This document shows, piece after piece, positions 18,301 through 26,175 of a stretch of DNA of 64,000 nt. The stretch lies in NCBI GenBank assembly GCA_963666285.1, contig OY762711.1. One strand, given 5' to 3'. A program made the position numbers and the translations under genes. The notes beneath the pieces are model-generated. The model saw only the letters and a list, made by a program, of their open reading frames with translations. It was not told the DNA's origin and made no database searches. The stretch comes from Sedimentisphaerales bacterium (GTDB lineage Bacteria > Planctomycetota > Phycisphaerae > Sedimentisphaerales > SM23-30). The first letter of the stretch is position 1. Each line of letters opens with the position of its first letter.

Positions 18301-19646
18301 TATGGGCCGATACATTTGCAGCGTCAAGCTACAATATCAAACGAGCAACAACATCAGGCGGACCGTATACCACAATAGCAAACGTAACAGATAACAGTTA
18401 CATAGATAACAGCCTGGATTTTGATACCAGATATTATTATGTTGTAACCGCGTTGAACCCAGCCGGTGAATCCTCTAACTCAGATGAAGTAAGCACTATT
18501 ACAGTACGGCTGAAAGTCCATTATGATGCAAGCTCTCTTGCTGGAATGACAGATGGGGCAAGGGTAAGCAGCTGGGAAGATCTAACCGGGAATGGTTTTG
18601 ACGCGACCCAGGCGAGTTACCAGCATTGCCCGTATTTTAAACAGACAGCAGCGAACGGACACCCGGCGGTATTCTTTTCAAATTCAGCAGAAACATTTAT
18701 GGAGCTGGCCCGCCCGGTAGCAAATGACTTTTCGATAGTGATAGTATTCCAAAGTAACGGAGGCATAAGTACCAGCACAAACTTTTATGATGGTGCGGGT
18801 CTGATAAACGGCGAGAAATCCGGCGTTACAACCGACTATGGAATGGCGATCAATGCCAACGGCAGAGTAATCGCCGGAACCGGTTCGCCGGATGTTAGTG
18901 CGTATTCCGAGCCGGGATATGCAGATTCTCAGCCGCACATAGCGACATTTATTCGCGAACAGGCTACAGGTCAATTATCATTATACGTTGACGGTGTATA
19001 TGCCGGCGGCGCAACAGGCTCAACCGCCCCACTGACAGCACCATCAAGACTAACTATAGGTTCGCAGCAGACAGAGATCAATTACTTGAATGCAAATATC
19101 TTTGAGATCCTGATCTACAATGTAGCCATTGATAGTACTGAAAGAACTGAACTGGAAGAAAAATTGAAAAGAACGTATATCGATGGGTATCCGGGTCAGG
19201 CAACAATTATCAGCCCGGAACATAACCAGGTAAATGTATCGGTAAATACCGTTCTGCAGTGGAATGCCGGGTCAGGCGCGCAGACGCATAAGGTTCGCCT
19301 GGGATATTCACTGCCAATTTCCGAAGCAGCTGAAATCAGTACAACCGAATTTCAGCCTGACACGCTGGAGTATAACAAAACATATTACTGGACGGTCGAG
19401 GAAGTCAACGGCACAGGCACAACGTTAAACGACTCTTACTGGCGATTTACAACAGCGATAGCGGGCGACCTGGAGCTGGACGGTGATGTCGACATGGCGG
19501 ACTTAGCTTTATTACTATCCGGCTGGCTAGACAGCTGCAGTGAATCGAACAGCTGGTGCGACAACCTCGATATCGACACAAGCACAAGAGTGGATATGGG
19601 CGATATCCAGGCGATTGCCGAAAACTGGATGGTAAAAGCAAATTAG
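15366..19646 (+). CDS. Secreted multimodular GH2 glycoside hydrolase (GH2 + jelly-roll + LamG + FN3 + LamG-like + dockerin-like tail)
   Basis: WLNLNGIWQF, LWSPDDPFLY, RKHIKVEP, WVVFNE, GEYGG. LamG motifs DGAWHH and GQLDEVKIY. FN3 motif YYYVVTALN. C-terminal GDLELDGDVDMADL...VDMGDI. Confidence 0.9.
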   Translation: MKFKLLLLMLVFSLCCPAMAWEMKQGPLMTRWASQIDVNNPFPDYPKPQMVRAEWLNLNGIWQFQSGSEGDAAPIGQNLSDEILVPFAMESAISGVMEHHERAWYRRTFEVPAGWSDKNIILHLDAVDWESEIFVNGNSAAVHQGGYDPIILDITPYLTASGPQELIVRVYDATDYLGVPRGKQTLYPGGIMYTSVSGIWQSVWLEPVAPAGIENIRMVPDIDTATLNLRVNSYSDAGNLTTNIIVKSEGQEVTSISGNANTDLTISIPDQRLWSPDDPFLYDLEITLLEDGSPIDYIESYFGMRKSSLGIDDDGIIKMFLNNEFVFQMGPLDQGWWPDGLYTAPTEEALKYDIEMTKAYGFNMTRKHIKVEPARWYYWCDKIGIMVWQDMPSSNSYTGNPQPIQEAQFELELDRMMDNLWNVPSIISWVVFNESQGQHNTEYYVNKVKAKDPSRLVNQASGGSHYGVGDILDYHSYPPPNYPVSDTMARACGEYGGIGYIIDGHLWNPDLATGIYSNTNNAMEQMNRYDEYIDMLLNFKVNYGLSAAVYTEITDVENEVNGLMTYDRTIKQNVQTIANSNTKAITGDIEISVIVPNSSDNRQRWSYTTNEPSGNWYETDFDVSSWSSGYAGFGGDNPPNANIRTTWNTADIWLRREFELGSLSPAEVELLVLDMYHDEDCEVYINGVLASERTGYVTNYTPIQISSEAKSALILNGTNTIAIHCHQTTGGQYIDAGLSTVKVLVNAPFVPEDYIGWWQLEETSGTTAADIAGNNNGTVSGASWSSSGKIGSCISFDGIDDYVEIERQIADNFSISFWAKTSQTAAGSEQWWQGNGIIDADIPFQADDFGITLFNNTFAFGVGNQDKTIVGSTVVNDGAWHHCTATRNSESGLISLYIDGVLQAQDYANTAALTSSATIKFGTMNPIEHFYEGQLDEVKIYDRELGDKEIMALFANTNSAPEAPTDIDAYDASQSVTIVWADTFAASSYNIKRATTSGGPYTTIANVTDNSYIDNSLDFDTRYYYVVTALNPAGESSNSDEVSTITVRLKVHYDASSLAGMTDGARVSSWEDLTGNGFDATQASYQHCPYFKQTAANGHPAVFFSNSAETFMELARPVANDFSIVIVFQSNGGISTSTNFYDGAGLINGEKSGVTTDYGMAINANGRVIAGTGSPDVSAYSEPGYADSQPHIATFIREQATGQLSLYVDGVYAGGATGSTAPLTAPSRLTIGSQQTEINYLNANIFEILIYNVAIDSTERTELEEKLKRTYIDGYPGQATIISPEHNQVNVSVNTVLQWNAGSGAQTHKVRLGYSLPISEAAEISTTEFQPDTLEYNKTYYWTVEEVNGTGTTLNDSYWRFTTAIAGDLELDGDVDMADLALLLSGWLDSCSESNSWCDNLDIDTSTRVDMGDIQAIAENWMVKAN

Positions 19647-19676
19647 AAATATTCATTCCTACACCTTAAAATCCGA

Positions 19677-19710
19677 AAAGCGGCAGTAAATAACTGCTGC
19701 TTTATTTTGT
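19677..19710 (+). terminator. Probable intrinsic terminator
   Basis: aaagcggcagt-aaata-actgctgcttt followed by a T-rich tail. Confidence 0.6.
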
Positions 19711-19754
19711 TTATAGTCCAGTAACATAAGATATCAAAATAAGCAAAATATATA

Positions 19755-19782
19755 TTGACATTGTGGGAAAAAGTGATAATAT
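19755..19782 (+). promoter_or_regulatory. Sigma70-type promoter of the spe operon
   Basis: TTGACA (19755-19760), 16 bp, TAATAT (19777-19782). Confidence 0.6.
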
Positions 19783-19787
19783 GATGC

Positions 19788-19886
19788 GTCTCGAATGAGA
19801 TAGTCGCGAGTTAACTGGTGTGGTGCCAGCGCGGCGATACCATATTATGGAGAATATGGCTTAATTGCTACGAATCTCATTGAGAC
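19788..19886 (+). ncRNA. Structured 5' leader of speD (candidate cis-regulatory RNA)
   Basis: Closing stem 19788-19801/19874-19886 encloses two hairpins and begins at the predicted TSS. Confidence 0.5.
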
Positions 19887-19996
19887 CTGACTGTAGCTAA
19901 CTAAGTAAACTTTGGGGTATAAAAGTTGACTTAAAAAGGACAGGAAGCTCAAGAATAAGTAGTGTTTACTCTTTTTGCAGTGAGGGTTTATGCGAA

Positions 19997-20401
19997 TTGG
20001 AAGAGACTGTCTCAGCACCTGCTACCCAGTATGTGGGAACCAATGGCTACGTTAGTTATACTGGCGTACATCTCATCATTGACCTCTGGAAAGCAGAGAA
20101 CCTAACCAGCGTAAGCGAAATCGAGCGCATTTTCCGTCAAGCCGTAGAAGATTGTGATGCAACATTGCTGCATATCTATCTACACGAATTTGACGGCGGC
20201 GGCGTAACCGGTGTCGCAGTATTGTCGGAATCTCATATCAGTATCCATACCTGGCCGGAATTTGAATATGCGGCCCTGGACATTTTCCTATGTGGAACGA
20301 AAGACCCATATCGGGCCTTGAATGCCATAAAGGAAGGTTTCCGAGCGGCCAATATGCAGATAACGGAGCATAAGAGAGGAGTACTGAATGACTCAATTTA
20401 A
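19997..20401 (+). CDS. speD: S-adenosylmethionine decarboxylase proenzyme
   Basis: GVHLIIDL, GVTGVAVLSE/SHISIHTWPE (pyruvoyl cleavage site), ALDIFLCG; overlaps speE. Confidence 0.9.
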   Translation: MEETVSAPATQYVGTNGYVSYTGVHLIIDLWKAENLTSVSEIERIFRQAVEDCDATLLHIYLHEFDGGGVTGVAVLSESHISIHTWPEFEYAALDIFLCGTKDPYRALNAIKEGFRAANMQITEHKRGVLNDSI

Positions 20402-21248
20402 CGGAACCTGGGCTCATGAAATATGGGATTGCGGTTTTTCCGGCGGCTATGAGATTATCGACGAACTTCATGGCGAAAAAACCCCATTTCAGAATATGCG
20501 ATTTGTGAACAGCAAGATGTTCGGCAAAATGCTGATTCTGGACGGTTTTGTACAAACAACTGAAAAAGATGAGTTTGTATACCATGAGATGATGACCCAT
20601 ATGCCAATGGTTTGCCATGGCAATGCCAAGAATGTTCTGATAATCGGCGGCGGCGACGGCGGAATCCTCCGCGAAGTACTACGACACAAGTCCGTAGAAA
20701 AAGCTGTTATGGTCGAGATTGACCAGCGTGTAATCGACTTCAGTAAGGAATACCTGCCCAGCATAAGCGACGGAGCGTTTGACGACCCACGCACTGAGCT
20801 GGTAATTGCTGACGGAGCAGAATACGTAAAGAATACCGATCAGAAATTCGATGTCGTAATAGTTGACTCATCCGACCCGATAGGTCCGGCAACAGTATTA
20901 TTCACGGGCGAATTCTACCAGAATATAGCGAACATCCTAACCGAAAATGGTTTTATGTCTCGTCAGTGCGGATCAAGCTGGGGCCAGCCGGAAGAGCTTG
21001 CCGAAGCATGCAAGCTGGTCAGGCCGATCTTTGCTTATTCGACAGCCTATGCATATGCTGTGCCAACTTATATTGGCGGACTATTTACCACGATCTTATG
21101 CTCAAAAGGCACAGACCCACACAGCCTGGACCTGGAAGAGCTAAGATCACGAGCGTCATATCTGGAGGGGATAACCAGATACTATAACCCCGGCATACAC
21201 TTTGGGGCATTGCAACTGCCCGGTTATATAAAAGAGAGGGTCCAATAA
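20388..21248 (+). CDS. speE: Spermidine synthase/polyamine aminopropyltransferase
   Basis: LILDGFVQTTEKDEFVYHEM, IIGGGDGG, VEID, DSSDPIGP. Confidence 0.95.
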   Translation: MTQFNGTWAHEIWDCGFSGGYEIIDELHGEKTPFQNMRFVNSKMFGKMLILDGFVQTTEKDEFVYHEMMTHMPMVCHGNAKNVLIIGGGDGGILREVLRHKSVEKAVMVEIDQRVIDFSKEYLPSISDGAFDDPRTELVIADGAEYVKNTDQKFDVVIVDSSDPIGPATVLFTGEFYQNIANILTENGFMSRQCGSSWGQPEELAEACKLVRPIFAYSTAYAYAVPTYIGGLFTTILCSKGTDPHSLDLEELRSRASYLEGITRYYNPGIHFGALQLPGYIKERVQ

Positions 21249-21250
21249 CA

Positions 21251-21691
21251 ATGGAAACTACAAATACAATCTCAAATTTTGACAACGTCTTGGAAACACA
21301 AACCGAATCTACAGAAGAAGTTCTGGCAAGCAGAGAAGTCACTTTCGGCTGGGAGCTAGTACTTGACCTGTACGACTGCGATCAATTTTCTATCAGCAAT
21401 GAAGAAAAAATCCGCAATTTTGGGCTTGAATTATGTAAAGTAATTGATATGATACCTTATGGTGATCCACTAACACCATACTTTGGAGAAAATTGTGAGC
21501 ATACCAAGGGATACAGCCTGCTCCAGTTTATAGAAACAAGCTCTATAACAGGGCATTTTTCGGAAGGGACAGGCGCGGCGTATCTTAATATTTTCTCATG
21601 CAAGGCTTACGATGCAAAAGCAGCGGAAGAATTTGCGATAAAATATTTTGGTGCAGGCCATTGCGTAGCTCGCCTGACAACCCGCAAATAA
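21251..21691 (+). CDS. Second, divergent AdoMetDC-fold pyruvoyl-dependent decarboxylase
   Basis: GWELVLDLYDC, GYSLLQFIET/SSITGHF, AYLNIFSCK. Confidence 0.8.
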   Translation: METTNTISNFDNVLETQTESTEEVLASREVTFGWELVLDLYDCDQFSISNEEKIRNFGLELCKVIDMIPYGDPLTPYFGENCEHTKGYSLLQFIETSSITGHFSEGTGAAYLNIFSCKAYDAKAAEEFAIKYFGAGHCVARLTTRK

Positions 21692-21783
21692 AAGAATTTT
21701 ATGAGTTTGGAGTAGAAGAGAGAGAATTAAAGAGAAGAATAGAATTTAATTTACCAACCATACCCCATACCATACCCCATTGT

Positions 21784-21853
21784 GCAAAGCCGCGATGCAG
21801 CAGCCATCCCTCCTTCCCCAATCAGGCTGTTACGTTCGGCTTTGCTTTTTTTT
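21784..21853 (+). terminator. Long hairpin + U8 terminator with a C-rich loop
   Basis: gcaaagccg...cggctttgc stem extended to about 20 bp, loop ATCCCTCCTTCCCCAATCA, then T8. Confidence 0.75.
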
Positions 21854-21875
21854 AAAGATTGAGTAAAATAGAGTT

Positions 21876-22010
21876 ATGGCGTCCAGAAGCTATACAATCA
21901 TAGACCTGAATCCAGAAACTATAAAAGAATATGGTATGTACGGATATAAAGATGCCAATAAGTACGTTAAGTCTCGACATTAATATGACTGGTATCGAAA
22001 ATTTTTTTAG
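21876..22010 (+). pseudogene. Possible 5' remnant of a YoaP/GNAT-type acetyltransferase gene
   Basis: Reads MASRSYTIIDLNPETIKEYGMYGYKDANKYVKSRH*YDWYRKFF*; resembles, from memory only, the N-terminus of YoaP-domain GNAT proteins. Confidence 0.35.
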
Positions 22011-22026
22011 TTCAATATCACATTAA

Positions 22027-22647
22027 ATGAAAACAATTACCAACGCATTTAAACGAATTATAGACCTAACAGCTGTGATCCTCAGCTCGCCAATCAGTAT
22101 ACCACTGATAATATTGCTTGCCCTGATAATCCGTCTCAGCAGCGGGCGTGGCGTCTTTTTTTGCCAGGAACGTGCCGGAAAAGACATGGTTCCCTTTACC
22201 CTGTACAAATTTCGCACCATGAAAAATGACTGTGACCCATATGGGAATTCGCCCAAAGATGGCGCAGACCCGCGATTGACCTGGATTGGCAAATGGCTCA
22301 GGATACTATCACTTGACGAACTTCCTCAACTGTTGAACGTACTCAAAGGTGACATGTCGCTGGTTGGGCCCAGGCCCTTATATATGAGCCAGGCAGCCGA
22401 ATGGAACGAGCGGCAAAAGCGTCGTCTTGAGGTAAAGCCAGGGCTTACAGGTCTGGCACAAATATCCGGCCGGGGCAGTTTGACAATTGAAGAAAAACTC
22501 GAGCTGGATGTACAGTATGTAGAGCGAAAGTCGCTGCTTTTTGATCTTAGATTATTGATCTCAACTGCATTAAAAATGTTCGCACCACAGGATATTTACG
22601 AAAAAAGATACTCAAAAAGTGAAAAAACCAGACAAAAAAAACATTAA
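22027..22647 (+). CDS. Monotopic phosphoglycosyl transferase (bacterial sugar transferase, PglC-like)
   Basis: KRIIDL, KFRTM, DPRLT, SLDELPQLLNVLKGDMSLVGPRP, KPGLTGLAQ. Confidence 0.95.
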   Translation: MKTITNAFKRIIDLTAVILSSPISIPLIILLALIIRLSSGRGVFFCQERAGKDMVPFTLYKFRTMKNDCDPYGNSPKDGADPRLTWIGKWLRILSLDELPQLLNVLKGDMSLVGPRPLYMSQAAEWNERQKRRLEVKPGLTGLAQISGRGSLTIEEKLELDVQYVERKSLLFDLRLLISTALKMFAPQDIYEKRYSKSEKTRQKKH

Positions 22648-22937
22648 TCATACACCAAATGTCCTATAATTGTCTTTTTTTTTACCGAGGCTAAAAACCG
22701 TAAGATCTTTATTTGTAAAGCTTTGCACGGATTAAGAGGTGTACTATAGTATATTTTTATTGACTTTTTATAACATCTAAAGATTTTGCTAGATTTTAAT
22801 GCCGAAAAATAGTATATTAAGTTCAAACAATACTTTTTTTCAATGTTGCATGTCGGCTCAGGAATGATCATCTTGAGTCGACCTTTTTTTTGCGCCTATC
22901 AAACAAATCAACACGTATTGTTTCCCTTGTCTTTTGA

Positions 22938-23132
22938 CTAAAAATGTGAAATGTGGTCGTTGGTGTCGAAATCAAAAGTGAAATCAAAATCATCTTCCTG
23001 GATATCATTTGTAACTTTTTCAGAACAAGGTTTATAAAATAACCCGAACACCCATCCAGCCAGATCAATGGCCAGACACAGGACAGCCATACATTTTAAT
23101 TCCAGGTTATTTTGCATTTCGCGGAAAGTCAT
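22938..23132 (-). CDS. Small hypothetical protein
   Basis: 64-aa ORF with a GGGG RBS-like sequence, a hydrophobic middle and an acidic tail. Confidence 0.35.
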   Translation of the reverse strand: MTFREMQNNLELKCMAVLCLAIDLAGWVFGLFYKPCSEKVTNDIQEDDFDFTFDFDTNDHISHF

Positions 23133-23393
23133 ATTTACCCCATTGTATTCTGCGAATATCTTCTGAATGTCACTATGTCAAACATCACCAACAAAATAAA
23201 TGTCGGGCAATGTTACAGTTTGATTAAAAACAATCTCAAAAGAAAACCGGCAGAGTCACACAAAAAGGCATAATACCTTATTTTAACTAGATTTAAATAC
23301 AAAACATAACGCAAATGAAACATTTATTTTCTCCATAACAGCTGATTATAGGACTAAATATTTGTCACAAGTAATAAATATCTGATGGGCGTA

Positions 23394-23942
23394 TCATTCA
23401 ATTGGCGATTCAAGATCAAACTGTTCAATCACATAATTAAGTTGCGCCTGAGCCTGTAGTTTAGCTTTTTTATGAGCCAGTAATATCTTACCGGCTTCAT
23501 TATATTGCTGGCGACAAAGCTGTATTTTATCAGCCAGTTCAGAGTTTTTGATTCTTCTGTCATCTAAAAAATTCTCAAGCAGCAGGTAGCTGTGAACAGT
23601 TTCGCGTAAATCATCCTGTTGATAAGCTTCAATAACCTCTTGAGACAGCTTATTAATTTGATCTTTGTTCTGGTATTCCCAGCTTAGAACATACATCATC
23701 ACCCAGATGCCGATACTGAGAGAAAGGATAATCGTGCCAAAAACAATCCAATGCTGTTTTTCATAGACAGGATGCTGACGGAATTTGTTTTTATTTTTAA
23801 CCCTGACCTCTTCGATAACCGGATTTACCCCGCATGCTTTAACTAACTCTCCACATGACGGACAGACCAGCGGTTTGGCCCGCAGTGACTCAGGGGCCTC
23901 CATCGGCTCGCCGCATAATGGACATTTGAATTTAATCATCAC
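23394..23942 (-). CDS. Membrane-anchored protein with N-terminal zinc ribbon
   Basis: IKFKCPLCG...VCPSCG and one TM helix; an architecture common in planctomycetes. Confidence 0.7.
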   Translation of the reverse strand: MMIKFKCPLCGEPMEAPESLRAKPLVCPSCGELVKACGVNPVIEEVRVKNKNKFRQHPVYEKQHWIVFGTIILSLSIGIWVMMYVLSWEYQNKDQINKLSQEVIEAYQQDDLRETVHSYLLLENFLDDRRIKNSELADKIQLCRQQYNEAGKILLAHKKAKLQAQAQLNYVIEQFDLESPIE

Positions 23943-24376
23943 AAAACCTCAAAATCACATTAATACTACCTGTGATAGTCACTTCAGAACAAACAGGATC
24001 GCTCCTATAAATAAAACACGCATAACATACTTATAGTAAACAACTTAAATCGACAAGGCTCAAGCAGAACATTTATACAAATGCAGATATAATTGCGAAG
24101 GGCAAGAAACAGAGGCCCATACAATAACGAATGCTATTCTAATTAATTATTCCTCCAGAAATCAAAAACGGCAATATAAATTCATGATTTTAATGAAGAT
24201 ATATGGTGAAAAATATAGCAAGGACAGGTAATATCAGAGTGCGTTTAAATCGAAAAATATAAGTCCCCGGTCAGACAGCACTGAGCAATTACCTAACGAA
24301 CAAGTATGAAAGCAACCTCGGTTATGAGGTCACCTAAATAATTGTAAACGAGCATATAGATGTACGAGAGACTCCC

Positions 24377-25993
24377 ATGAAAAGTATTCAATATTCTATA
24401 AATTCAATCTCGAGATTTAGTTTAAGAGCCTTGCTAATTCCAGTAATTATCAGTATTTCTGGGATACCGACTGCCTATTCTCAACCGACCAGAACTGCGA
24501 ACGATGTTTATGAAATCCCGAGCGACTTCAAACCATTCAATAAAATCGATGTCCTGATAAAAAATCAGCTTGATAAGTACGATATCAAGCCAGCCAATTT
24601 GTGCTCGGACGAGGTATTTATCAGGCGGGTATACCTGGATCTGACAGGCACACTTCCGACCGGCAGGCAGGTTCAGGAATTTTTAAAAGACAATAACGGT
24701 AACAAACGAGCCAGACTGATCGGATCACTGTTTAATCGTAAGGAATATGCAGATTACTGGGCGATGAAATGGGGCGATATACTGAGAATCAAATCGGAGT
24801 TTCCAATTAACCTGTGGCCCAATGCGGTACAGGCATATCATCGCTGGGTATATGACGCGATAAAAAGCAATAAGAGCTACGATGAGTTTGCCCGTGAGCT
24901 ACTGACAACATCGGGCAGTAACTTCAGAGAGGCACCGGTAAATTTCTACCGGGCAATCCAGGGAAAAGAACCATCAGCAATAGCAAATGCTACCGCCCTT
25001 ACCCTGATGGGTGTAAGACTGGAAAACTGGCCGGAAGAAAAACGCAAAGGCATGGAGCAGTTTTTCACCAGAGTCGGATTTAAGGGTACCGCAGAATGGA
25101 AAGAAGAGATAGTCTATTTTGACATGAGCTCAACCGAACCGCTGCAGGCAGTTTTTCCAGACGGCAAGAGCGTGACAATTGCAGCAGATCAGGATCCGAG
25201 GATAGTTTTTGCCGACTGGCTGATAACCAAAGATAATCCATGGTTTGCCCGCAATATAGTCAACCGGATATGGTCCTGGACAATGGGCCGAGGGATAATC
25301 AACGAGTCGGATGATATTCGAGATGACAATCCGCCATCGAACCCGGAGCTACTGCAATACCTGGAAGCGGAGTTTGTTCGCAGCGGCTATGATGTCCAAC
25401 GGATCTTTAAGCTAATCCTGAACTCACGTACGTATCAACAGAGTTCGATACCTCAGAGCAGCCATGAAAAGGCAGAAGAATTATTTGCGTTCTATAAAGT
25501 TCGTCAGATGGAAGCAGAAGTTCTGATTGATGCTTTATGTATGATAACGGGCACAACAGAGAAATATCAGAGTCCGATACCGGAGCCTTTTACTTTTATC
25601 CCGGGTGAAATTCGTACAATAGAACTGGCCGACGGCAGCATAACCAGCAGTTTCCTGGAGATGTACGGCAGGCCGTCGCGTGATTCCGGGCTGGAGTCGG
25701 AACGCAATAACAATCCGACAGACTCACAGAGGATGCATATGCTGAACTCCAGCCAAATTCAGGATAAGATAGAAAAAAGCTGGAAACTTAATGCAATGGC
25801 AAGGAATTTGAAAGGTAAACCGGCAAAGCTGATTGATGCCTTGTTCCTTGAGATATTATCACGCAAGCCGACAGAAGAAGAATTACAAGCGGTAACAGAA
25901 TATCTAAGAGAAAAAGGGATGAGTAACGGGCAGAAGTACAATGACCTGGCGTGGGCATTGATAAACACCAAGGAGTTCAGGTATAAACATTGA
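24377..25993 (+). CDS. DUF1549/DUF1553 (planctomycete PSCyt2/PSD1) protein
   Basis: SDEVFIRRVYLDLTGTLP, NPWFARNIVNRIW, NPPSNPELL, LILNSRTYQQSS, WALINTKEF. Confidence 0.92.
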   Translation: MKSIQYSINSISRFSLRALLIPVIISISGIPTAYSQPTRTANDVYEIPSDFKPFNKIDVLIKNQLDKYDIKPANLCSDEVFIRRVYLDLTGTLPTGRQVQEFLKDNNGNKRARLIGSLFNRKEYADYWAMKWGDILRIKSEFPINLWPNAVQAYHRWVYDAIKSNKSYDEFARELLTTSGSNFREAPVNFYRAIQGKEPSAIANATALTLMGVRLENWPEEKRKGMEQFFTRVGFKGTAEWKEEIVYFDMSSTEPLQAVFPDGKSVTIAADQDPRIVFADWLITKDNPWFARNIVNRIWSWTMGRGIINESDDIRDDNPPSNPELLQYLEAEFVRSGYDVQRIFKLILNSRTYQQSSIPQSSHEKAEELFAFYKVRQMEAEVLIDALCMITGTTEKYQSPIPEPFTFIPGEIRTIELADGSITSSFLEMYGRPSRDSGLESERNNNPTDSQRMHMLNSSQIQDKIEKSWKLNAMARNLKGKPAKLIDALFLEILSRKPTEEELQAVTEYLREKGMSNGQKYNDLAWALINTKEFRYKH

Positions 25994-26019
25994 TCTGTGC
26001 CGCAGAAAACTGCAACACA

Positions 26020-26170
26020 GGAGTGAAGTGAAAAACGATTAATGAAGTGAAGAATTAAGGTGTTCGACTATCGTCTCACGTTTTGTTTTAATTTAATGCG
26101 TTGCAGGAAGGCTCTTTTAGGCGATTTACCAAAGGCACTTCGTTATTGCAACAGAAAAACAGTGAAAGTA
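26020..26170 (+). repeat. Composite intergenic repeat (heptamer run + AATTAAGGTGT hairpin + GTTGCA...TGCAAC module)
   Basis: aattaaggtgttcgactatcgtctcacg (26053-26080) is identical to 36523-36550; second module at 26100-26152. Confidence 0.8.
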
Positions 26171-26175
26171 AACCA

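Noticed and set aside
21752..21815. Minus-strand micro-ORF MAAASRLCTMGYGMGYGW behind AAGGAGGG
   Set aside because: The SD abuts the ATG with almost no spacer, and the G-U pairs show the hairpin works on the plus strand.
26101..26175. N-terminal extension of the DUF1501 ORF given in the track
   Set aside because: It is translated repeat sequence; the Tat signal begins at ATG 26176.
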